Position numbers and translations under genes: made by a program. Source: Lingula anatina (taxonomy: Eukaryota; Animalia; Brachiopoda). From it: 64,000 nt of DNA. How positions within the stretch are numbered: the stretch's first letter is position 1; each line of letters starts with the position of its first letter. The notes beneath the pieces were generated by a model. The model had not been told where the DNA came from. It saw nothing but the letters and a program-made list of their open reading frames with translations, and did no database searches. Location of the stretch: NCBI GenBank assembly GCA_051362555.1, contig CM120640.1:16554001-16618000 (forward strand). Reading direction: 5' to 3'. Below, piece after piece: positions 14,201-25,800 of this stretch.

Positions 14201-17200
14201 GCCTAAACTTGTGTTGTAGACTAAGAAACTAAGCTGAAATTGAATCTATGCAAAGTGTTAAGATAAACTGTTCACATCTTCTAAAATCTGGGTAATATTC
14301 TTTCAATTTTCAATTTTTTCAAACTTGAGGTGTTTTTTTACTGGTAATTTTTCATGCTTTCAAATAACATATTGTGGCTTGAATATGACTGTATTAGAAT
14401 GTGTTCTCTGATTTCAAATGTAGGAAAATGATTAAAATCCAGCAAGCATGAAATGAAGAGGTTCACAGATAAAAAAGATGTCAGGAGACAGTTTACCATG
14501 AAGACAGAGCAATATTCGATAAAATATCTTCTACAAGACGTGCGGCACGAACATGCATTCTGGAAAAGGAGATGGGGCCAAGCTAGAAACATAAATAGAT
14601 AATAAAAACATACAACATCGTCTCCCTGCTAAATTTGCAACAGCTTTTTCATCAGCTGATTGGCTCTTCATCCTGGAGTTTAACATGGGTGGTCGTCGGC
14701 TGCCACCATAGTTACTCTGCTCAAGATATGGTGCAGAAAGAACGCGCGAGGCTATAAGAAACAGAAACACATGTCCCAATGTCAGTGTGTAAAAGCAGAA
14801 CTGATTGACCAAAAAAAAAAAAAGGATTCATTCTGCAACAATATTAACTACTGCTGTAATAGGAGAAATGCTCTTCAAAATTAGCAGCTTAAAAAAATAA
14901 ACAAAAAATTATGTGCAAAGTTATGTGGTATACTACAGAGATTACGTATAGCTTTATCATAAAGTGACTATTTTGATCAGGCACACAAGTGAGTCTGTTT
15001 TTAAATCTACATTCTAACAGTTTGACACCTCTATCATTACTAAGCCATTTCTTAAAATATACTCATGATATTTTCTTCCATATTACAAATAGCATTCAAA
15101 GATTTTCATGATAAACATGCAAGAAAAATTGCAATTATGAGTAATTTGATATATCCAACTGAGGATGGTAATTTAAAGGAATTAATATGGTAAATTATAC
15201 GGAATAGTTGACAGAAGGTAAAGTATATATAATAGTTGCTAGCATAAATAGTAAAAAACATTCTTTAGAGATATATAAAAAACATCCAAGAGAAGAACAC
15301 TTTTTCTGATTGATTGGAAAATTTGGTTTAATTGTTCTTCTTACACAGCATATCAATATCAATTCTTATTTGACTGGTTCAAATCAATCTTATTTGACTT
15401 TAGTATATCTAACTTTTAATTCATCAGAACTGGTACATGGTCATGCAAGGATTGTTTTGGGTGTTACATTTTGTTAAAATATTTAAAATTTGTCAGGGCA
15501 TATGTATATATACACAGAAAAGATATGACAATTCAAGTCATTAGAAACAGAAAGCTTGTTTAAAATTGCATTTTCATTGTTAAATGTCAGTTTAGCAAAT
15601 TCGCCGATAACAGTAAAGATAAAAGGTGATCATGCCATATGTTAAGATTCATGCAAAATATTTATTAACTTAGATGCACAGAATCAAATCATCAAACAAA
15701 AAAGGCATCATTGCATATATGTATTTACATCAACCAAATAAGACACTACAAATGCAACAGAAAAAACATGCCCTCGTACCTTCCTGTGAACCAGAACGAT
15801 AAGATTTGAATTTAACATTTTCTTGAGAACCTTGTTCATGTTGAGATTCCAGGTCAGATTCGAGGGTGCTGTCCAACGAAAAGCTCTTGGTTTGATTGTC
15901 CATTCTCTGCCGAATTCTAGACTGTTGTGATGAACTAACTAAAAAAGGGGAAAGTGGAGTGAGTGTGAGGGGAAAGTGCAGGGGTAGCCTAAAAAGAGTA
16001 CCAGAGTTGCCAATGTAGTTTCAAAAATGCAGTGCTAGTTGTTATCATGTAACTAAAAAATGAAAAAAAAACTATCTGAAAGAGAATCTGGAGTCAGAAT
16101 TATGGGAAATATGTTGAACTGTATGTGTTGCTTTGGCAACCCTGGTTTAGGAAAACAAAACAAAACAAAACAAACAAAAAAAAAGTGTAAGCAAGGGGAG
16201 TAAAGGGAAGGAGGCATCACTCAATCTACATGTACTCAGAGCCTCTAGTTTGCCACAGTGACTGTCCCCTTAAAAAAAAAACATAAAAGCCATGCAAATC
16301 AAGCTTTCAACCAACACTTCCTCTCTTTGTCCTGACCAACTCAACTTCTCCAAATTAACTTTCCAAAGCCACAAGATCGTATATTATAAGGTCAGTTTGG
16401 ATCAGAAAAAAAAGAGAGGATTTATTCTAAATGGCAAATTGATGTAGAGAATTACAAAACACTGAAGCATACAGCACACAACATGAAAAATGATCCAGTA
16501 CAAGTCATAACAGATGACATCTCATCAAAAACAAGTAGAAACTTGAAATGAAAGATAATCAAATGCCAGTCTATTAAGCAGCATACGGTAATATGCCAAA
16601 CAATTCGACCAAGATTAATTAATTAATTTCATGGAAATATCAGTTTGGTCGAATTGATTAAAATACAGCAAATGGAAACCTTTGATATCGTCGGATTGTT
16701 AGGGGCGTATGCTTATTCATCTGACCAGCATAAACAGCTACTGCAATTATGTACATATGTAGTCAGTCATCAATGTGTCAGTAGGAGAGTTCAATGCAAT
16801 CTCACCTAACACATTCTTTATGAATATCTCCATGCCACACTGAACCTATACCTTACTATGAGTGGGGTGGGGTGGGGCAAAAGGGGCATATTTCCACCAT
16901 TAGTTTTGAAGGTACACCCTTCTTCACCCTCACCCCCTAATAAAAAGCAGCATAATTTGGAAGCGAGACAAAACCAAGCAATTTTTTCAAACCTCTGCCC
17001 TACATATATTGATGAAAAAAATGTGTCTACTGCTTCATATCCTTTATTATTGTGCCCCTTCCCCCTTACTAAAATCTTTGATCCAACTAGAACATGTGCC
17101 CTAGAATGTCACTACTTCTACTGTGTGAGATTCAGACTGTCTAAGGATAACTGGCTTTTTTATGAAATATTTTACACTGCTAATGAGCCTCAATAACCAG

Positions 17201-19252
17201 CTTTCTATTCAACAGTCAAAGTGACCTAAGCTATTCTGAATTACTGATAAAGCATTTTAGGTTAAATGTACAGCAAGAGTATGGATTGGGCTGTTTTTTC
17301 CCTGTAATTCACTATATGCAAATTCTGATATATGTCTCTTATGTGCATCCTAACTAACATCTCTACTCATACAGTATAATATATGATCTACCCTATTAAG
17401 TACACAAAATTGTGCACAGGACCAGTGACTATCTTCCATGCAGAAAAAAAAGTATTCAACTTCACAGTCTATCAAAAGAGTCTATCTAAGAAAAGGAATA
17501 AAAACAGATATTTACAATCAACTTTATAGGCGTCCTCGCTGCCACTGAGACTCCCTACAGAGTCAGTGAGGGATTGCGAATGCTGGTGATGAGCCTCAAT
17601 CATCAGTTTCCGTCTCTCCCTCTGAATCTCTGAGTAGATTTCCGGGAATGATAGATTGTGTGAAATGGGCTGTGAGACAGAGGAACGGCGGTGGTCAGGA
17701 CTCCGTTTTCCACCATATGCCTGATCTTGTTGGACTGCTAAGGCTGGTAACAGAAGTTGACAAAATATTGTGTTATTTTGTGGAAGCTAATTGCATGATG
17801 ACTGACAGACATGGGTAACTTTCAAAAATTGTTTTGATAACACTATTTACATTTTGTTGCATGAATTCAATCATTTGTATAACATCTTTTCCTTGTTTCA
17901 CATTTCTTTCAGTTTAGAAATCTTTTATCTTATTTATTTATTTACTTATTTATTTATTTTTGAATGATACATATAGCAAATTCTTTGCTCCTTTATATTT
18001 TTTTGGTCTTTTTGGATGGGCCTGTTCATCAACATGTTATTAGAAGCAGTTTGTACTGCTTTTTTAAAATTATATCATCTGAATTAAATTATTACTTTTA
18101 AAAGAAAATAGCTCATGCTATGAAAGCCTTTCCCAGCATATATTCCATTCACTATCAGCAAAGAACCAAACTTCTTCGAATTAACTTACTATGATGAAAA
18201 AATGACCGGCTTGTTTATGAATAATTTCTAAGCCAAACATGCAACAAAGTTCATAATAACAATTATTTATTCTTAGGTCCTGTGTGGGTGTGCATATTGC
18301 CTATCTATTCTGTTACATGAAGTGCTGGTGTTGATGCTGAAGTGAGCACTCCATTTCAATCATCATGCCTATAAATATATGCCAGTACAAGTGGAGGTGC
18401 TGTGGTCAAGACACGCCATGGTGTCTGGTGATCTCCACATAAGAATTTCTATTCAAAAGTTTCTTTTATTTGCTGAATTTATACATAAACCAGCAATGAC
18501 CTTCTCCCTTCCATTCCTGGCAGAAGATTTCTAAGGAGTTCACCATGATATTTTTTCAGATCTGCAAGTTACTATTGAATTGATTCTAAAGATTTTTTTA
18601 AAGTAAATATTTCATGAAATATTTTTTCGTATATTATGAAGATGTATCACAGTTTTTTTTAATCCCAGCCTGAATTTAGGTTTCTTGGGAAGGTTGGAGT
18701 GCATAGATGAATGTTATTGTGGATGGGAACAATAAGGTTGAAAGGATGTAAGTATGTGTATCATCTCTACCTTAAAGGTTAAGGACACTTTCTAAAAAGA
18801 AAGTGGAATTAAGTACAAGCTAATTTTCACACAAGTCAAATATGTTATATGAATGACAATTAAGAAGATCTCATGAAGGAAATACATTTTATCTTAGGCA
18901 AAAAAACCTGCAAACAATTTGGATCACCCAGACTTTTTTTAAGATATGAAAAACACAAATACTAAGAATGTTTGTGTGCAATTTCAAAAAATAGAGATGA
19001 AAGATAGAAATTCCATTTTCAAGGAGTATGGAGAACACAATCAAAATCTTTTTCCAGAGAATTTCCCATCAAAGATTTATCCACTTTATCTTATCTGATT
19101 GTGTTCCAATAAATAAGCAATGACTTTTAAAATGAACCATCTCAGTGAGAAAAATGCAGTTATACCAAGACCTTCCTTTCCCACATTTCTATGGTAATAC
19201 AATGTAATTCAATTTAAACAACATGAATGAATGATCCCCCCCCCCCCGGCCA

Positions 19253-19299
<47 letters not shown>

Positions 19300-22200
19300 T
19301 ATTAACAACAAGAAGCATGAGCAAAAATGTTTATTAGCTTGGTTGTTGGATAAACATGAAAATTCTCAGACACAAGCCTAAAATTTTCCGTACTGTTAGC
19401 TTACGGCCAACCTGGTCGAAGGCCTTCATCAGACTGACGTGAGTATGAAGGCCTTCGACCAGGTTGGCCGTAAGCTAATGGTACAGAAAATTTTAAACAA
19501 GAAGCTTGCTTCCAAGTATGAAATATTATTTCAATGATACTTATCTAGAAGTGAAAAAAAAAACACCTGGTTTTAAAACTGCATTTTCTGACTAACATAG
19601 TTCAAAGTAAAATACCGAGAGGAAAAAAAGGATTAACAGGAAAATGTCAACATATTAGTGCATTTCAATCCACATGCAAGTTTCTGTTTTCCAGACATGT
19701 CACCTTGTAATGCCTGTAACCAACACCTGACAAGAATGATCTCTTTCAAGTACATACATTTCTGTCACGCATTACTGGATATATGATATTTGAACTTTAC
19801 CCGATGAAAGTAACACTTTGAACGACTGGAGTTTTACTTTGCTGGTCATCATTCAAGCCAATCAAAATACAAGGTGCATGTTTGAGTTTTTAGAATCATG
19901 AAAGTGTAATGCCATATTTGACATCTGTTAATGTCGCAATGTACTTTAAAAGCTCCAATGAAGAATTTGCCAGATAAATTTCATTTAATGTCAAAATTTT
20001 TTATAATGCTATTTTTTTCCTATATACATATTGTAGATAGAGGTACATACAATTACAATGCCAGAGAGATTTATTTTAATTTTTTTTTAATTTTTAAAGC
20101 TTCACAACCTCAGATGTCAACATAACATTAGAGAGAATCTCTACCAATAAAAAAGTTCAAAATTGAAATGAAAATTACTCTCTCCTGCAAGGATCAGGAT
20201 GGTTTTGGGATGGCAAGCAGGGCACTGTGCACAGGACGACCCCCGAGAATTATCTTCCTCCCCATGTTGAGTCTGCTGCCATTTTTGGAATTCAGCCAAT
20301 TCCTTCTCATGCTGAGGCTGTAGGCTAAATTTACGTCCAGGGTTCTTACCTTAGAGAGAGAAATGTCATGCAAAAAGCAAGAAGATCAGCAGCAGCAAGA
20401 TGAAGTAAAAAAGTTATTAGTTTACAAAGACACACCACAACTTCTTGTTAATATAAGCAGTTATCTTTGTGATTTAGAGCATCATGCATTTTAAGTGCTT
20501 TAAAGGTAGAGAAGTTAATAAGAAAAATAACCTTTTACCAGACATTATGGCATATTTTCATAGCTCATATTCAATACATAATCATAACATCAAAATGCAA
20601 TCAAAAGATAAAAGACTTATTCTCTTTGGAACAATTTTAAAAACGCAATCTATATATAGAGGGATTTCAAAATAATAAATAATCTGAAAGAGTTTCCAGT
20701 GGAGTGCTCCACAGGTGATAAATGTTGAACCCACTTAATTTCAGAGGAAAAGCTTTTATTACATAGTGCTAATGCAGTCTTCCCTAGAAGAGTGATAGGA
20801 GATTGACGTGGCTGAGTGCGCAAGCAAATGAAGTGCATCAAATGTTAGACAGCATGTGCTTTATTTTAGGAAAAAACAGACCTGATGTACGCAAGTACTG
20901 CAAGCGAGCTAGACGAGGAGTTGAAAAAAAAACATTAATAGTTAGTTTCATGGCAATATCACAAGAGCATGACTTTTTCTTTGCACAAGAGGATGCTATT
21001 TTTGTATCCAGAGAAACTTTTTTTTTGGCTATTCACCCATAAGACAGCACTTAGTATTTTTTATAGGGGGGCAAGTGATATGAAGTATAACAAGAATATA
21101 ATATGGATGTGCTTTCATGAGATATGATTTTATGCAAACTGAAATGATCTTACACATGTTAAAAATGTGGTATTAAAGGTTATCAGGCCCTTTATAACTG
21201 TGCTTTCATGAGATATGATTTTATGCAAACTGAAATGATCTTACACGTGTTAAAAATGTGGTATTAAAGGTTATCAGGCCCTTTATAACTGTCCTATTCT
21301 GGAAATGTAATAGATAGCTGCACAACATATAACTGAGAGGGATGTAGACAGATGTTTGAACTGATGGGAGGGGGGGGAGGGGGATATTTGATCAGTTAAT
21401 GGAGGGATTGGGGGACAAAGGGGTGGGGGAAGCACAAATTGCAACAAATCTTAGATCTGTCAAAACTGACTCAGTAATCCATCTGATTTTTATTATATCA
21501 GCAGTTTCTTTTCCATTATTAAAATGAAATATGAAAATTAAGGAGTCATAGCATGTCTTTTACTAAGACCTGTGCGTATGTCCTCTCTATCCAGATGGGT
21601 TAGCATAAGTGAATCATGGTTAAATGACCCCCAAAATGGGTGTACATGTAAAAGAAAGTCATTGCAATTGTGACAAGTTAGATGTTTATATTTGCTACAC
21701 TTACACTTATGGTGTCATATTCTTACTCATTAGAAAAACCTTGACTGAATTTGTATTTATGGCAATAAATAATTTTATCATTTTTTTCTTGCAAAAAAAA
21801 AACCCTTTATCAAATTTGCCTATTTTTGGGAAAAGTAGTTTTTTGCATAACTTTTCTGTGCATTGTTATTTATAGACAAGCAATATATTTCCTAAAACAT
21901 TAATAGCTACTTATTGTTCCACAGATCATTCAATTAGAACAGTGATGGCAGCTTCAAGGTAAACATGTACAGTAGCAGCATTAAGTTTTCATGAAGTTAT
22001 TGTCTGTTTAATACAACCATAAGTTAGCTAAAAACTGGCACTGGCGTTACTGTTGATCTCTGTAGAAAATGTGTTTCAGAGATGACCAGAATGAGGACAG
22101 CATACATGTACTGGTGAAGGACTCTGACAAACTTGTATAAGCCACAGATAGAAGAAAGACAACGTTCAGGAAAGGACAGGATATGGCCATGAGTTAACCA

Positions 22201-22828
22201 TATGCATGGAAGAGAAGAAAACTGGGAACTCGACAAAGTGGATGAAATTTTGGAGAAGACTTTTGGAGAAGACACGTTTAAGTGCAGCTAATAGCTCCAG
22301 GTGGACAGCATTAATACCAAGGAAGTGGCAGCTTAGACCAAGGTAGATATGACAGCAGCATAAGAGACTTTATGATATATGATATTGTGAACAAAAACTT
22401 AACTTCCTGCCAATTCAATTCAATAAGCCTAATAAACCGTTGCTAAATAAATCCAATAAAAATGCTGCCCTAAACTCTCAAAAAAGTCTAAAAACAGATC
22501 TCAAAACTAGTTAGTCAACTTCTGAAATGACTAGAAGTAAAAATTTGAAACACCCTGTTGCACAGGCAATGCTGTTAGTTATTTGTAAAAAAAATCAGAA
22601 AACCAAAATTTTGTGTCAATTCATAAAAAAGCAATAACATCATTCTTCCAGAAAAGCAATATTATGGCATCAAACAATGTCTTCTTTCTGATATTTTTTA
22701 TTTTGATATGAATTATAACATGGGTATTTAACAGTTTAAAAATACTTTCTAATCATACTTCATGGTTTCTTTCACTAAATCAAAATTTAAGTATATTATG
22801 ATATACAGGCACGTGGAAATGAGATGCA

Positions 22829-22867
<39 letters not shown>

Positions 22868-25800
22868 ATTTACTGGACTACTGTAGCAAACTAAAAATAA
22901 GTAACTTATTAAACTATGTGCTATTAGCTATATCCAAATATTTATCCCTGAAACACATTTTTGAACTAAAGAAGCTCCTAGTTTCTTTCCCCCCTTTCTT
23001 ATGACCATAGCACTAAAAAGAAAAACATGCTTTTGTTTTCTAACACTAAAATGTTGAGGCACTGCTTCTTACTATCAAACTGACTTTCTATAAAGGGCAA
23101 AATGACTGCAAATATTTCTCACAATAAAGTTCATAGCAAACAGAAAATATACTTCTGCAAACACAGTTTAAAGCAAACAAAATAAATATTCCAAGCCATA
23201 CAAAACCCCTTAAGTTCATTATATTCATACTGTCTTTCATCACAAGTCAACTACAAGTTACTATTAAGGAAACTTAAAATAATCAGCTGGTCACTCCATG
23301 AAGCAGCTTAAAGACTAAAGCATTTTAACTAATCGTACTTATGTATATAGATTTTATTAAATCCATTAAAAAACACACTAAATACTGGAAAAGCAACAAT
23401 TTTTTTCAAATTTTATCTTAACAAATAAAAGTATCACAAAGAAGTATATCAAATATTCAATGACACAATGAAATCAATATACAAAAAGTGGAGGTACAAG
23501 TGTGCAGGGCTTTGGAATGAACTTCTCTGGTGTAACACAACAAATTTAGGAACAAAAAGCAAGATACATTTTGTGCAGTAGGTGAAGGTCAATTGAAATT
23601 CATCAACAAGACCACAGGTAAATCAATTAGAAACTAGAAACATTTATTGTATTGAATCTGAAAGGCCAATTTAATCAAGTAAGTTTTTTTTTTTTTTTTG
23701 GCTTCATAATTAAAGATATTTAATCTTAACATTGTCACTTCAGTGTTTAAGTCACTGATGAAAAAAAAAAAAGAAAAATCAATCAATCACAATAATATTG
23801 TTTATTCGGCACTACCCAGTGATGTGCTAACCACACATAATTATGCTGGTATGCAAAAGAAGAAACACCATCATTTTTTATTAGTTCCCTGATCAGTATT
23901 TGTTTACCTGGTTACCTGGGACAAAAAGTGGAAAGAATTATGGGAAAGGATATTTGTGGTTCAAATTATTCATTATGAAAAAGCTCGATAAGATGTTTTA
24001 ATATAAAACCCTCCATTTTCAGCACATGAGGTCTGCAGTATGCCAAAGGAGCCAATTTCATAGGATAAAAATAAACACACCTGTCTGAGGTTGTCTTATT
24101 TTTAGTGATTTAGATGAAATCTACCTGCAAATGTACCTGCTATGGAACCTTCCACAAACTTTTAAGTTTGCACAGGTAATCTTGATCTAACCATGCAAGT
24201 TTCCTAAGACAGCAATATATAGTTTCTATTAAAAAGATATTATACTTCAAACAATTTTTAGAACCAACTGCTGTATTATAAAATGTACTTATATATAATA
24301 TTTAGCCTCTATTCTCAGGCTGTACATCAAAACAAAGCACCAGTACATTTTTCTATCACATACTTTGTAATGATACATAAATCTTAAATTTCAAACAACT
24401 ATAGCTTTGATAGCCATCTGTTATAAAAAAAATTAAAATATATGGTACAATAAATTCAAAAGGAAAAATACAAAAAACAAAAGCAAACAAAAAAGTAACT
24501 AAAGGCATATTACACAATACTGGTAAATACCAGTGAAAAGAAACTGCCTCCTCTACAAGTCCAGGAACGCAGTGCACCTGAAGCCCCCTCTAAGAATACA
24601 GCAACAGCCATACAAGAAAATATCCAATCACAACCATAAGAAGTTGCCTCAACAGCAGCTGGGTTTTTTTCTTCAAGGCAGCCCATTTTATCTCCCGCAA
24701 CAAACGCTGTCCGCTATGCACTTTGCTGCCATGCTGGCATGATGAGCCAAGTGATGACAGCAAAATCAAAGACGGTCACGATTCTGCAAAATTAGCAATT
24801 AACATAGGCCTGTTTTGATCAAATTCAGGAGATATTGCCCACTTCTAAATAATGTTCCCTGCTGAAAGTTCTGTCTGAAATTGGCAAACAAAGTTTAGCT
24901 GATTCCCTCTTGTTTTGCCAACTGTCTGTCTGGCTACGACATAGACCAGTAAGAAGCAAGTCTTCATTTAGGTGTGCCATCTGGAGTTAGCTCCTCTTCT
25001 TTCTGTCTCGCCACATTACCAAATTACTGATAATTTTATCGATCTTTCCTTCAGGTATAAGACAAATCAAAAACTGAACCAAAAGCATTAAAATGTACAA
25101 AAGAGTGTATATACCCTCTAAAGCTTTGACAGAAAAATTGATCAACTCTCTTTCTATGACATTTCTCCAAAGTATTCAAATCTGGCAGAAATGTCCCAAA
25201 ATGCCCTTCACACATACAACCCTTGTTCAATTGTGTTCATACACTTTATGGTCAGTGGAGCTGCGTTTATAGGTACGAGATCTTTTTTCTGAACCCGAAG
25301 TACCTGTAAAAGTGCAAAGTCAACAAACTACCACTCACAGCAGTTGAAAGTAAATAAACAACATTTAGTCTGCTAAGCATGGTAAGAAAGTAGTGAACTT
25401 CTTATTGATTTTATTTGGGGAGTTTACCATGAAGAGTCAGAAGACATAAGCTACATGGCTATTCCTGATGCATTGATTATTGTTGGCATATAGTAATTTG
25501 GAATTTAATATAGGTTAAGCATGCTTTGGTCATTACTTTCTACCATATGGTTAGCAAGTGAAGTAATAGAAAAGAAAAGATTTTTGACGAAAGTTAGTAA
25601 AATACAGATAACATAAATTGGAAAAGATTTTATTCTGTACTGGACAATTGGCACTACAATAATAAATAAATTCCTTCTGAAGTATATCTGTACACAATGT
25701 CAAATACAAATTAAAAGAATGATTGGTGTGTTGGTACATGTATATGGTTCATTTATGGACCAAAATTCTACACAAAGAAAGGGTAATTTTTTTTTCGTTA

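Noticed and set aside
19801-19852. Possible first exon MMTSKVKLQSFKVLLSS|gtaaag (phase 1)
   Set aside because: Only a donor and a short frame support it, with no independent evidence.
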